A stretch of 64,000 bases of DNA from an uncultured Verrucomicrobiota bacterium (lineage in GTDB: Bacteria > Verrucomicrobiota > Verrucomicrobiia > Limisphaerales > CAIQOK01), in NCBI GenBank assembly GCA_903873415.1, contig CAIQOK010000019.1, positions 8,144 through 72,143 of the forward strand, read 5' to 3'. Under the pieces are notes generated by a model. It was not told the origin of the DNA, searched no databases, and worked only from the letters and a program-made list of their open reading frames with translations. The translations under genes and the position numbers were made by a program. Numbering within the stretch: position 1 is the stretch's first letter; every line of letters starts with the position of its first letter. Below are positions 53,321 through 64,000 of this stretch, piece by piece.

Positions 53321-53623
53321 ATGGCAAAAGCACTCACCAAAAAAGCACTCACCAAATCCCAAATCGCCGCTGAGGTCGCCACCCACAGCAACATCAGCAA
53401 AAAAGCCGCTCTAGACATCATCGACTTTATTGCGCAACTGGCTTACAAGCATGCCAAGAACAGCTTCACCTTGCCCGGCTTGGGCAAGTTGGTCTTGGTC
53501 GACCGCAAAGCACGCATGGGGCGCAACCCCGCCACCGGCGAATCCATCAAGATCAAGGCCAAGCGCGTCCTGAAATTCCGTGTGGCCAAGGCCGCAAAAG
53601 ACGCCATCCTCGGCACCAAGTAA
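53321..53623 (+). CDS. hup: HU-family DNA-binding protein
   Basis: LPGLGK, RKARMGRNPATGE, KF. Confidence 0.93.
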   Translation: MAKALTKKALTKSQIAAEVATHSNISKKAALDIIDFIAQLAYKHAKNSFTLPGLGKLVLVDRKARMGRNPATGESIKIKAKRVLKFRVAKAAKDAILGTK

Positions 53624-53648
53624 CTCCCTCTTCTCGTTATACCGACTC

Positions 53649-53681
53649 AAGGCACCCTTGCAAAACATGGGTGCCTTTTTT
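53649..53681 (+). terminator. Rho-independent terminator after the HU gene
   Basis: AAGGCACCC-n11-GGGTGCC followed by a T-run. Confidence 0.8.
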
Positions 53682-53696
53682 GTCCTCTTTGGCAAT

Positions 53697-54054
53697 GGTC
53701 TGGTTGTTTTCCATTGGGCGGGATCAAGGTCCGATCCACCGAGATGGAAAAATGTCGGACTTGAAACGTTCCTGGTTCCTATGTCCACAGGCCTTTTGAA
53801 CAGTCCTTGGAACTTGTTGTTGAGTCCTTCAATCGGCCCAATGGTTAAGCCATGCAAGAGGAAAGTCAGGATGTCACCCGGGTGAGCCTTGCACAGCCGA
53901 GCCCACTTCCTAACCGGCGCCAAGCGCTGCGAATGCCCCAACCATACCATTCCCAGAGATAGCGCTCATAGTTCTGCCCAGGCCCATCCCTTTTTCATCG
54001 ACACACAAACGCTCAATCACCGCCGGCACCATTTCCCACCGGGGGGGGGGCCAT
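53697..54054 (-). mobile_element. ISL3-family transposase remnant
   Basis: Across frames: LCVDEKGMG.GQNY joined to YLWEWYGW, then LAPVRKWARLCKAH, IEGLNNKFQ, FHLGG; heavily deleted and frameshifted. Confidence 0.7.
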
Positions 54055-54579
54055 GCCTCAGGGTGCGCAGATTTCCTGATCAGGAAGATTCAAAGGGCTT
54101 GCCCCGCGATTTTGTTCGTTTACGGCCAACCATGATCGTGCTGCCTGTTGGGATGACCGGAGTGATCCCCCTTCAGAGCAGCACCAATCTCGTCCGATGG
54201 CACGACGACTAGTTGCCGACGTGGAATCACGCCACGTGGATGAATTTTCAGCTCAAAGGCTACCTGGAGGAGATCTTCACGATCACCACTCCTATGATGG
54301 AGCGCGTGGTGCTGTCGCGTTTACTAAGCGGTGTGTTTTTTGGTTTCGGTGTTTTTGGCTTTGAAGCTGTGGAAGGATGCGTGACGGATTTATTTCATGT
54401 GCCACGTGCACAAGGATTAGCGATAGCGTTTGGAGGCGATTTCAGCTTGATTTGGAGGCAGTTCAGGGGGCTCTGCTCTCTGGAGATGCGTTTTATCTGT
54501 CTTTTGGAAAACTCTTGCCAAGAGCAGTCGGGATATGCGCTTGATCTTGATTGACCACTATTGAGCATGAACAACCTTA

Positions 54580-54962
54580 GCAGCCGGCGCCAACCTGAAA
54601 TACTTCGGCGGCATCAAGCAGTGGACCAGCCCGCTTGGAGCCTTTCTCTCGCGCGGCCTGTTCAAACTGGTCACGTGCAAGCCCGGCTCGTGCTTGGCCG
54701 CCGACGCAGTCCTGAAGATCGACGGGGAGGGCGGGAAACCACCTATGAAAACATGCCACCTCAGCGTAATCCCAAAGGGCTGCCTGAAGGCGGCAACCAG
54801 GTTTATGCCGACGTCCCGGCAGCCTGGGTCCGGTTTGAAGCGATGTATTACTTTCAAAGCTGCAACACCGGCGGGAACCGGATTGTCTATTGGTATCAGT
54901 TCCCCCCCGACCTTGGCAGCCGGATGCTGGCCGGAATCAATACCTTGTCCGCACAACCCTAA
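54580..54962 (+). pseudogene. C-terminal remnant of a prepilin-type/H-X9-DG protein
   Basis: Frame A YFGGIKQWTSPLG..KL..CKP..LAADAVLKIDG; frame B PPQR..PEGGNQVYAD..WVRFEAMYY; the N-terminal pilin helix is missing. Confidence 0.55.
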
Positions 54963-54977
54963 CCCCATACGCCTGAC

Positions 54978-56492
54978 ATGAGAACCCTGCTCTTCAAATG
55001 GATCTACTTCATATGCCTTCTGGCACTGACCACCTCGGGCGCCTATGCCACAGGTAAACAACCCAACATCATTCTGGTGATGCCTGATGATGTGGGCTAT
55101 GGCGATTATGCATGTCTGGGCAATCCCGTTGTCCACACACCCGCGGTCGATGCTTTCAAGAAACAGAGCCTGATGTTCAACCAGTTTCATGTCAGCCCCA
55201 CCTGTGCGCCCTGTCGTTCCGCTCTGATGAGCGGACGGCATGAGTTTAAAAACGGAGTAACCCACACCATCTATGAGCGCGAACGAATGAACCTGAAGAC
55301 GTTCACCCTGGCACAAATGCTCCAGTCAGCCGGGTACACCACGGGCATCTTCGGCAAGTGGCATCTGGGCGATGAAGAGCCTTACCGCCCCGAAAACCGC
55401 GGTTTCGACGAGGTTTACATCCACGGCGGCGGCGGCATAGGACAGACCTTTCCCGGCTCTTGTGGCGATGCCCCGGGCAACAGCAACATTGATCCTGCGC
55501 TCTGGCACAATGGAAAATTTGAAAAGACCAAGGGCTATTGCACCGACCTGTTCTTCGCACAAGCCCTTCGCTGGATGAACACCCGGCGCACCGGGGCAAA
55601 ACCCTTCTTTGCCTACATCCCGCTCAATGCCGCCCACAGCCCGCTTGTCGTTCCGGAAGAATATTGCCGCCGCTATCAGGATGCGCCGGGGGTGAACAAA
55701 GCCAGCGCAAAATTCTTTGGAATGATTGAAAACATCGATACCAACTTCGGCGCCTTACTCAAAAAACTCGACGACTGGGGCATCACAGAACAAACACTGG
55801 TCATCTATCTCGGGTCGGACAACGGCGGGACGGAGGGTGTTCAGATCTTCAACGCCGGCATGAGGGGTCGTAAAGGCACCCCCTACCAAGGAGGCACACG
55901 CATACCCGCCTTCTTCCGGTGGCCCGGCGTGATTCCACAAGGAATAGAATCCCCTGCCCTTGCCGCCCATCTGGACATCTTCCCGACACTGGCCGAGATC
56001 GTAGGTGCCAGCCTGCCCCCGGAAGCCGCTGCCCAGGTTGAGGGACGGAGCATGCTTTCGCTGCTCAAAAATCCCGGTTCCCCCTGGGCGGATCGCACCT
56101 TGGTGCATCATATCGGGCGTTGGGAAAAGGGAAAGGTGTCCGAGTCCAAATACCTTCACTACGCCATCCAGAACTCGCGTTTCTCCCTCGTGAACAATCA
56201 AGAGCTCTACGATTTGCAAAACGACCCTGGCGAAACACACAATGTCCTCGCGGAGCACACCGAGGTGGCAGGCACCTTGCGCAGGGCCTATGACCAATGG
56301 TGGAATGACGTTCAACCCCTCCTGGTCAATGAAAATGCGGTCGGTCCCGAGATGAACCCCATGAAGGCTCTTTATTGGAAACAATTCGGCGGCGGGCCCA
56401 GCGAATCCCAGCGCAAAAAGATGGATCCCCACCCCAAGCTAAAATCATCGCCCAAGAGCTCCAATCCGAAGAAGGAAAGCGCGGAGCGATGA
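54978..56492 (+). CDS. S1 arylsulfatase, exported
   Basis: PNIILVMPDDVGYGD, CAPCR (CxPxR), GKWHLG, SDNG, ELYDLQNDPGE. Confidence 0.93.
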   Translation: MRTLLFKWIYFICLLALTTSGAYATGKQPNIILVMPDDVGYGDYACLGNPVVHTPAVDAFKKQSLMFNQFHVSPTCAPCRSALMSGRHEFKNGVTHTIYERERMNLKTFTLAQMLQSAGYTTGIFGKWHLGDEEPYRPENRGFDEVYIHGGGGIGQTFPGSCGDAPGNSNIDPALWHNGKFEKTKGYCTDLFFAQALRWMNTRRTGAKPFFAYIPLNAAHSPLVVPEEYCRRYQDAPGVNKASAKFFGMIENIDTNFGALLKKLDDWGITEQTLVIYLGSDNGGTEGVQIFNAGMRGRKGTPYQGGTRIPAFFRWPGVIPQGIESPALAAHLDIFPTLAEIVGASLPPEAAAQVEGRSMLSLLKNPGSPWADRTLVHHIGRWEKGKVSESKYLHYAIQNSRFSLVNNQELYDLQNDPGETHNVLAEHTEVAGTLRRAYDQWWNDVQPLLVNENAVGPEMNPMKALYWKQFGGGPSESQRKKMDPHPKLKSSPKSSNPKKESAER

Positions 56493-57901
56493 GAAAAGTC
56501 TTGGCTGTCCTACTGGGACTTCTGGCAGGCCTGAGCTTTTGCAGCAGAGCGGGCACCCTCAGTCGCCCGAATATCCTGTTCATCATCGCCGACCAATGGC
56601 GTGCACAATCCTTCGGCTACGCCGGGGATCCCAACGTCAAAACGCCCAATCTGGATCGGCTGGAGAGGGAATCGGTTGATTTTTCGCAGGCGGTTTCCCG
56701 GATACCTGTCTGTTCGCCGACCCGCGCTTCTTTGCTGACCGGGCAGCGCCCCCTGACACACGGGGTCTTCATCAATGACGTTCCCCTGAATCCCAACTTG
56801 CCCACTCTGGCCACGGTTCTGGGAAAAGCAGGTTATGACACCGGCTGTATAGGCAAATGGCATGTGGACGGGCACGGAAGGTCGGCGTTCATTCCCCGGG
56901 AGCGGCGGATGGGATTCGAGTATTGGAAGGTATTGGAATGCACCCACAACTACAACCACTCCGACTACTATGGCGATGCCCCCGGGAAGCAGCAGTGGGA
57001 AGGATATGATGCGATAGACCAGACCCGTGACGCGCAGCGCTATCTGCAAGCCCATGCCGGAACGAGGCGACCCTTCCTGCTCTGGATGGCTTGGGGCCCG
57101 CCGCACAACCCCTACGAGACCGCCCCGCCCCGGTATCTGGCACTCTATCCTCCGGAAAAAATCCGGCTCCCGGCCAACATTCCGGCAGATGCCAGGGATG
57201 TGGCACGGCGGGAACTGGCTGGCTACTATGCCCACTGCACCGCACTGGATGATTGCATCGGCGACCTGATCACGAGCTTGAAAACCAACGCTCTTTTGAA
57301 AAACACGATTATCGTGTTCACGTCAGATCACGGTGACATGCTGCATGCGCACAACCAGCAACGCAAACAGCGCCCCTACGAGGAATCTATCCGGGTGCCG
57401 ATGCTTTTGCGTTTGCCCGAAGTTTTGGGTGTCAAGCCAGGGAAAGTCGCCGGAACCATCAACACTGAAGACGTGCTGCCAACCCTGCTGGGGCTTTGCG
57501 GCGTGCCCTCCCCGAATTCGGTGCAGGGGCATGATTTCACCGGCTACCTGCGGGGCAAAGCCGATCCATCCGGCGGGGAGGCGAGCATCGAATGCATTTC
57601 CCCCTTCGGGGAGTTCACCCGGGGACAGGGCGGGCGGGAATACCGAGGCTTGCGGACGACGCGTTACACTTATGTCCAGGATCTTCACGGACCATGGCTG
57701 CTCTTCGACAATCTCAGAGACCCCCTGCAACAGACCAATCTTGTCGGTATAATCGCGCAGCAGGCCTTGAAATCCAAACTGGAAAAACGACTCAAGTCCA
57801 GGCTGGCGGCCGAGCACGATGCCTTTTTGACAGGCCCGGAATACCTCGCCAAATGGAATTACCGGGTGGACGCCACCGGCACCATGTCTTACACCCCATG
57901 A
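56489..57901 (+). CDS. S1 sulfatase, exported
   Basis: PNILFIIADQWR, CSPTR, GKWH, PPHNPY, TSDHG; ATGA overlap with the previous stop. Confidence 0.93.
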   Translation: MRKVLAVLLGLLAGLSFCSRAGTLSRPNILFIIADQWRAQSFGYAGDPNVKTPNLDRLERESVDFSQAVSRIPVCSPTRASLLTGQRPLTHGVFINDVPLNPNLPTLATVLGKAGYDTGCIGKWHVDGHGRSAFIPRERRMGFEYWKVLECTHNYNHSDYYGDAPGKQQWEGYDAIDQTRDAQRYLQAHAGTRRPFLLWMAWGPPHNPYETAPPRYLALYPPEKIRLPANIPADARDVARRELAGYYAHCTALDDCIGDLITSLKTNALLKNTIIVFTSDHGDMLHAHNQQRKQRPYEESIRVPMLLRLPEVLGVKPGKVAGTINTEDVLPTLLGLCGVPSPNSVQGHDFTGYLRGKADPSGGEASIECISPFGEFTRGQGGREYRGLRTTRYTYVQDLHGPWLLFDNLRDPLQQTNLVGIIAQQALKSKLEKRLKSRLAAEHDAFLTGPEYLAKWNYRVDATGTMSYTP

Positions 57902-58101
57902 ACGGAGAGCGATCAACCGAGAGTTCGGGGTGAATCCCTACACACGGCTCCCGCATGACAACCGGGCACGCCCGCCACAAAACCATTCCTGCTGTTCTTG
58001 CAGATATCCCAGGCTCAGGGGCGGTGGGTCCTTCCATTCAAATCCGGCTGGACTTCAAAACAGGGTGCGCGATCCGCCAAGTCATCAGTCCTGAATACGG
58101 A

Positions 58102-59247
58102 TCACGCCACTGCCAGTTCCCCCTCGGTCTTTAATCGCAGTTGTCCACAAGCGGCGTCAATATCACCGCCCTTCTCACGCCGCAAAGTGGCCGTGATCTT
58201 CAGCCGCTCCAAGGCGGAGAGGAAAAGTTCGCAAACGTTCTCAGCGGGCCGTTCCCAGGCCAGGCCATCCACGCGGTTGTAAGGGATAAGGTTCACCTTG
58301 GCATGAAGCCGGCGGGCCAGATTCGCCAGCGGCGTGACCTGATCCAGTGCGTCGTTCACCCCGGCGATCAGGATGTATTCGAAAGTGATCATGCGGCCCT
58401 TTTTTTCCTGATAATAATCGCAGGCGGCGGAAAGTTCGCTCAGAGGGTATTTGCGGTTGACGGGCATGATCAGATTTCGGGTGGCATCGGTGGCGCCGTG
58501 CAGCGAAATGGCGAGCCGGAATTGCATCGGTTCGTCCGCGAGCCGGCGGATCTGGGGTGCCAGGCCGCTGGTGGAGATGGTGATCTTGCGCGCTCCTATT
58601 CCGCCGCCCCACGGGGCATTGAGAATTTTGAGCGCTTTGAGCAGGTTGTCGTAATTGGCCAAAGGCTCGCCCATGCCCATGATGACCAGATTGTCGATGA
58701 ACCGTGAAACGGGAACCGCAGCGCCGGAAACCGGTTTAACCGCCTGAACCTCGGGCTTGGGCGCCTCAAGACCCGGCTGCTGTGCGCGCCACCTTTCCAC
58801 CGCGAGAACCTGCTCGACGATTTCATAGGGCAGCAGGTTGCGCCGCCAGCCGTCCAGACCGCTGGCGCAGAATTTGCATCCATAGGCGCAACCCACCTGG
58901 GTGGAAACGCAGAGGGTATGGCGGTCGCTCACCTCGCCGTAGAGCGCCGGGTTGGCGGGGATGAGAACGCTTTCGATGAGCGCGCCGCCTTGAAGGCGGA
59001 AGAGAAATTTCTGGGTGGTGTCACGGGCCCCCTGTTTGCGGGCCAACTCGAGAGTGCCCAGGGTGAAACCCTCGGCGAGTTTTTCACGGAGGGTTTTGGG
59101 CAGATTGCTCATCTCGTCCCAGCGCGAGACGCGGTCGTCATAAAGCCATTTGAGCAACTGCTTAACCCTATAGGCCGGTTCGCCCCAGGTTTTGAAGACG
59201 GATTCCAGTTCTTCCAACGACTGCGATTTGATGTCGAGCTTGAGCAC
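58102..59247 (-). CDS. rlmN: Dual-specificity RNA methyltransferase RlmN (radical SAM)
   Basis: CVSTQVGCAYGCKFC, MGMGEP, ISLHG, DIDAACGQL. Confidence 0.95.
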   Translation of the reverse strand: MLKLDIKSQSLEELESVFKTWGEPAYRVKQLLKWLYDDRVSRWDEMSNLPKTLREKLAEGFTLGTLELARKQGARDTTQKFLFRLQGGALIESVLIPANPALYGEVSDRHTLCVSTQVGCAYGCKFCASGLDGWRRNLLPYEIVEQVLAVERWRAQQPGLEAPKPEVQAVKPVSGAAVPVSRFIDNLVIMGMGEPLANYDNLLKALKILNAPWGGGIGARKITISTSGLAPQIRRLADEPMQFRLAISLHGATDATRNLIMPVNRKYPLSELSAACDYYQEKKGRMITFEYILIAGVNDALDQVTPLANLARRLHAKVNLIPYNRVDGLAWERPAENVCELFLSALERLKITATLRREKGGDIDAACGQLRLKTEGELAVA

Positions 59248-59253
59248 GAGGGG

Positions 59254-59282
59254 ATTCTACTCCGGACGAGGCCAAAGGCCAA
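59254..59282 (-). promoter_or_regulatory. Sigma70-type promoter of rlmN (leaderless)
   Basis: TTGGCC-17-TAGAAT-6 nt-GTG. Confidence 0.65.
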
Positions 59283-59366
59283 GCACGGTAAACACTGTTG
59301 CGAAATCCGAAAGCGTCGCCCCCCGGAACGGGGCGAGGCCGGCTGACCAGCCCGGCTGACCGCCCA

Positions 59367-61499
59367 TCATTTGCCCAAATAATATTTTTGGGCGTATTCC
59401 TTGACCATGCGGTCCGTGGTAAACTGGGGAACCAGCGTTTCAAAGGTGCGCCGGATGCGCTGAATCCACTGCCGCGGAATCCCCTGGGCATCGCGTTGGT
59501 AGAAGAGCGGGATGACCTGTTCGGTCAGGGATTTGAAAAGATTTACGCTGTCCAGCCGGTCCTGTTCCTCCACGGAGGCGGGATGGGTATCGTCGCCGAT
59601 GGCGAAGCCGTTGGTGCCGTCATAACCCTCGCGCCACCAACCATCGAGGATGCTCAGGTTCATGCAACCGTGGCAACCGGCCTTCATGCCGCTGGTGCCG
59701 GAGGCTTCCAAGGGCCGGCGGGGGTTGTTGAGCCAGATATCGCAGCCGGACACCATCTGCCGCGCCACGTGGATATCGTAGTTCTCTATGAAAACCAGGC
59801 TGCCCTTCAGTTCGGTGTATTTACTGAGATGAATGACATGCTGGATGTAGCGTTTGCCGTCGTCGTCCCGGGGGTGGGCCTTGCCGGCGAAAATGAACTG
59901 GACGGGGCGGCTCTTGTCGTGACAAAGCCTTACGATGTTTTCCATCTGCTGAAAAATCAGAGGGGCGCGCTTGTAGGTGGCAAATCGCCGGGCAAAACCG
60001 ATGGTCAACGCATCGGGATTAAGCAGGGCATCGAACACGATGTAATCACCCTGGGTCAGGCGCTGGCCCTGAATGAGCAGACGGCGGCGGCAGAACTCGA
60101 TGAGTTCGCGGCGCAACCGGTAGCGTAAAGCCCAGATCTCCTCGTCGGACAAGACCGCCGGGTCGGCCATTTTCTGCCAGAACGCCTCGGAATTGACCTG
60201 TTCCTCCCAGTCCTCCCCGGCCTTGCGGCGCAGGAACTGGCGCATCGGCCCTTTCATCCAGCCCGGCAGATGAATGCCGTTGGTGATATGCCCAATGGGG
60301 ACCTGTTCAACCGCCTTGCCGGGATAGAGGCTCTGCCACATGTGCCGGCTGACGCGGCCGTGCAGTTCACTCACCCCGTTGGCGGCGCGGGAAAGTTTGA
60401 GGGCGAGCACCGTCATGCAAAAAAGTTCACTCTGGTCCTGCGGATGAACCCGCCCCAATCCCAGCAGTTCGGAGGTTGAAACCGTCAAGCCAGTCCGGTA
60501 GCGCTGCAGGGCGTAATCCATCAAACTGGGGCTAAACCGGTCGTGTCCGGCCTCCACCGGGGTGTGCGTGGTGAACAGGCACTGCGCCCGGGTTTCTGTG
60601 CAGGCCTCCTGAAAAGTCTTGCCGGCCGCAGTCTTCTCGCGGATGAGTTCCAGCGTGAGAAACGCGGCGTGCCCTTCGTTCATGTGAAAAGTGGATGGTG
60701 CAATGCCCATGGCACGGAGCAGCTTCACCCCGCCAATGCCCAGCAACACTTCCTGCATGATCCGTGTCGTGCTGTCCCCGCCGTAAACCCGCAGGGTGAG
60801 ATCGCGGAAATGCTGCTCGTTTTTCGCCAGATCGGCATCCAGCAGATATACCGGCACCCGACCCACATTGACCCGCCAGGCCCGGAACGATACCTGGTTC
60901 ATCCCGATCTCCACCTGGCACACAAGCGGTTCGCCTGTGTCGTCGAGGACAGGCTCGATCGGCAGATTCTTGGGATTGAGCAGGTTGTAAAACTCAGTCT
61001 GCCAGTTGTTGTGGTCGATCGCCTGCTGAAAATAACCCTCGCGATAAAACAGGCTGATCCCCACAAAGCCCAGCCCCAAGTCGCTGGCCGATTTGGTGTG
61101 ATCGCCTGCAAGAACCCCCAGACCGCCCGCGGCGATGGGCAGCGTCTCATGGAAGCCGAACTCGGCGGAGAAATATGCGACAGGATTGGCCTTCAACTTG
61201 GCGGCGTTTTTATGCGTCCAAGTCGCCGTGTCACCCATATAGGCATCAAAGGCTTTAAGAACCAAGCGAACCCGTTCGGCCAAATACTGGTCTTGCAACC
61301 GAGCCCGCAGCTCGTAATCCGACAACTCATGAAGGACCGCCACGCTATTGTGGTAGAGATTTTGCCAGGCGCGAGGGGAGAGTTCAGAAAAGAGTTCCTG
61401 CGCTCCCTGGTCCCAAGTCCACCACAGGTTGCGCGAAAGACGATGCAGCCCAGCCACCAGTTCGTTAAGCTCTTCGTTGGTCAGAGGTTTCTTTGCCAT
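59367..61499 (-). CDS. glgP: Alpha-glucan phosphorylase
   Basis: NLWWTW, YFSAEFG, GGLGVLAGD, HMNEGH, TNGIH, RRFATYKR, EASGTSGMK. Confidence 0.95.
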   Translation of the reverse strand: MAKKPLTNEELNELVAGLHRLSRNLWWTWDQGAQELFSELSPRAWQNLYHNSVAVLHELSDYELRARLQDQYLAERVRLVLKAFDAYMGDTATWTHKNAAKLKANPVAYFSAEFGFHETLPIAAGGLGVLAGDHTKSASDLGLGFVGISLFYREGYFQQAIDHNNWQTEFYNLLNPKNLPIEPVLDDTGEPLVCQVEIGMNQVSFRAWRVNVGRVPVYLLDADLAKNEQHFRDLTLRVYGGDSTTRIMQEVLLGIGGVKLLRAMGIAPSTFHMNEGHAAFLTLELIREKTAAGKTFQEACTETRAQCLFTTHTPVEAGHDRFSPSLMDYALQRYRTGLTVSTSELLGLGRVHPQDQSELFCMTVLALKLSRAANGVSELHGRVSRHMWQSLYPGKAVEQVPIGHITNGIHLPGWMKGPMRQFLRRKAGEDWEEQVNSEAFWQKMADPAVLSDEEIWALRYRLRRELIEFCRRRLLIQGQRLTQGDYIVFDALLNPDALTIGFARRFATYKRAPLIFQQMENIVRLCHDKSRPVQFIFAGKAHPRDDDGKRYIQHVIHLSKYTELKGSLVFIENYDIHVARQMVSGCDIWLNNPRRPLEASGTSGMKAGCHGCMNLSILDGWWREGYDGTNGFAIGDDTHPASVEEQDRLDSVNLFKSLTEQVIPLFYQRDAQGIPRQWIQRIRRTFETLVPQFTTDRMVKEYAQKYYLGK

Positions 61500-61549
61500 A
61501 ATTTGAGTTGCGATTTTCTGCGCCAGCCTTGTCGAAACAACCGGACAAG

Positions 61550-61606
61550 ACAGTAACCTTCCGGATTCCGGGCGGCAAATAATTTCCAATGCTGATTTCG
61601 TGCCAA
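61550..61606 (-). promoter_or_regulatory. glgP promoter region: sigma70-like site plus upstream sigma54-like site
   Basis: TTGCCG-17-TACTGT (61578-61550); TTGGCACGAAATCAGCA = GG-n10-GC (61606-61590). Confidence 0.45.
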
Positions 61607-61861
61607 CCCGTGAAAACAAGCCCTTCCCCCTCAAATCCGCCAAATTCACGGCCTAAAACCAGACTGCGGGCATCCGACCCCGGCACGAATGCTGTTGCCT
61701 TTTGCGCTGCCTGCCAAAAACGGTGCCGGTTCAATGATTCAAATCAGACCGGCGCCCTGCATGGCCCGGAGCGAAGCCGGTCTAACCGCAGAACATGAAA
61801 AAGCCTTGTCGAAACCGACCACACCGGCCGTTGAGTGCTGACTTGGCCCGGAGCGGCCGGA

Positions 61862-63310
61862 TCAGAGATTCAGAGCCGACTGATAAACACCCTGATAACT
61901 GGCCGCGGTTTTCTGCCAGGAAAAATCCGCAGCCATGCCGTTGCAACGGTAATGCGCCATCCACTCGGGTTCGGCATACAGGGCCAGCGCCTTGCCAACA
62001 GCCTTGATGAGCGCTTGACTCGAATAATCCCGGAACTTGATCCCGGTCGCTCCGGAGGAATCCTCCTGCGCATCGATCACCGAGTCATCCAAGCCGCCGG
62101 TGGCGCGAACGATGGGCACAGTGCCGTAGCGCAGGCTGTAAAGTTGATTCAAGCCGCAGGGCTCAAAGCGCGAGGGCATCAGGAAAAAATCACACCCGGC
62201 CTCAATCCGATGAGACAAGCCCTGATCGAATCCAAACCGCACGGCCATGCGGTCGGAATGCCGGTCCGCGAGTTCCTGATAGGCGCGCTGATACCCGGGG
62301 TCGCCGCTTCCCAGAAGAACAAACTGAAGGCCTTCTCCGAGCATTTTATCCAAAGCGGCAAGCTGGATCTCCACCCCTTTCTGCTCCACCAGGCGGTTGA
62401 TGCTCCCAAACAGGGGAACGGACGGATCGACCGGAAGCCCCAACTCGCGCTGGAGCACCGATTTCTGACGGGCCTTGCCGCTCAGGTCCGCCGGGGAAAA
62501 AGAATGCTCCAAAAAGGGGTTGCCCGTCGTGTTCCACTCCCCGTAATCCGCCCCGTTGAGAATCCCGGTCAACGCATGCCGGCGGCGGAGCAGCAGCCCG
62601 TCCAAGCCGCAGCCGAATTCCCCGGTCATGATTTCACGGGCGTAACGGGGGCTCACGGTGGTGATGGCCGCCGCGTGCAGAAGTCCGGCTTTCAGGCAGT
62701 TGAGCTGGCCGTAAAATTCAACACCCTCGGAATGAAAATGCTCCCAAGACAGTCCGGTCAGGGCGAATGCGTGGCGTGGGAAAAGACCCTGATAAGCGAG
62801 ATTATGAACGGTGATACAGGTTCGCGGCGGCTGCGGCCAACCCGTCTGACGCGCTTCCTCCAAGAGCAGCAGCGGCACCAATCCGGTCTGCCAGTCATGG
62901 GCATGAATGAGTTCAGGACGCCACGGCAGGCGCCGTGCCAGCTCCACAACCGCTTTGGAGAAGAAGACAAAGCGCTCGGCGTTGTCGACGAAGTCCGTCC
63001 CGTTGACCCCGTAGGGTGCCGCACGCTGGTAAAAGCCCGGCTGCTCCACGAAATAAATCGTCAGACCTTCCTCCGCCTCCAAGGCCAGAATTCCGGCGGT
63101 GATCCGCCTGGGGCCCACGGGCAAATCAAAGGCCTCGGAAATCCGACTCAGACCGGAAAAGCGGTCCTCTATTCCGGCATAGAGGGGGGTGACTACCCCG
63201 ACCCGGTGACCGGCGCGGGCCAGTGTTTTGGACAGGCCGCTGACCATGTCGGCAAGACCTCCGGTTTTGGAGTAGGGATGGACTTCGCTGCTGGCCAGTA
63301 AAATTCTCAT
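61862..63310 (-). CDS. glgA: Glycogen synthase
   Basis: KTGGLAD, HAHDWQTG, HNLAYQG, PSRFEPCGLNQ. Confidence 0.96.
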   Translation of the reverse strand: MRILLASSEVHPYSKTGGLADMVSGLSKTLARAGHRVGVVTPLYAGIEDRFSGLSRISEAFDLPVGPRRITAGILALEAEEGLTIYFVEQPGFYQRAAPYGVNGTDFVDNAERFVFFSKAVVELARRLPWRPELIHAHDWQTGLVPLLLLEEARQTGWPQPPRTCITVHNLAYQGLFPRHAFALTGLSWEHFHSEGVEFYGQLNCLKAGLLHAAAITTVSPRYAREIMTGEFGCGLDGLLLRRRHALTGILNGADYGEWNTTGNPFLEHSFSPADLSGKARQKSVLQRELGLPVDPSVPLFGSINRLVEQKGVEIQLAALDKMLGEGLQFVLLGSGDPGYQRAYQELADRHSDRMAVRFGFDQGLSHRIEAGCDFFLMPSRFEPCGLNQLYSLRYGTVPIVRATGGLDDSVIDAQEDSSGATGIKFRDYSSQALIKAVGKALALYAEPEWMAHYRCNGMAADFSWQKTAASYQGVYQSALNL

Positions 63311-63336
63311 TGATGGCCGCCGGGCTGGGAACGGCT

Positions 63337-64000
<664 letters not shown>

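Noticed and set aside
54305-54555. Possible IS4-like end (GTGCTGTC...) and transposase tail
   Set aside because: No partner inverted repeat or DDE motif found; too weak to call

Overview
A ~60% GC bacterial chromosomal window. The gene set (prepilin/H-X9-DG proteins, DUF4838, DUF3500, S1 sulfatases, NPCBM-GH27) points to Verrucomicrobiota, probably subdivision 3 (inference). Layout: (1) 1-9.6 kb, a same-strand carbohydrate-use cluster: GH172, a GH116 with a large in-frame deletion, GH27, DUF4838, an esterase and a prepilin-type protein. (2) 9.7-12.3 kb, mobile-element debris: an N6-MTase scrap, a transposase scrap, an XRE pseudogene and a dead IS3. (3) A catalytically degenerate histidine kinase followed by a REC-HisKA_3 hybrid. 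(4) Housekeeping genes: trpS, kdsD, a CecR/ABC/TolC efflux module, a stand-alone C-terminal half of carB, and ileS. (5) 33.8-38.7 kb, a three-gene porin-cytochrome conduit (9-heme cytochrome, 8-heme MtrA-like lipoprotein, MtrB-like barrel), the best candidate for a notable system. (6) ppaC, ymdB, a RlmD-like methylase, a DUF2723/TMEM260-like-TPR + GT4 + WecA-like operon, a CLC protein and HU. (7) ISL3 and prepilin remnants, two sulfatases, rlmN, glgP, glgA and partial serS. Many housekeeping genes appear leaderless (-10 box 5-7 nt before the start codon). No rRNA, tRNA or CRISPR array was seen. All family assignments come from motif recognition by eye, not database searches.
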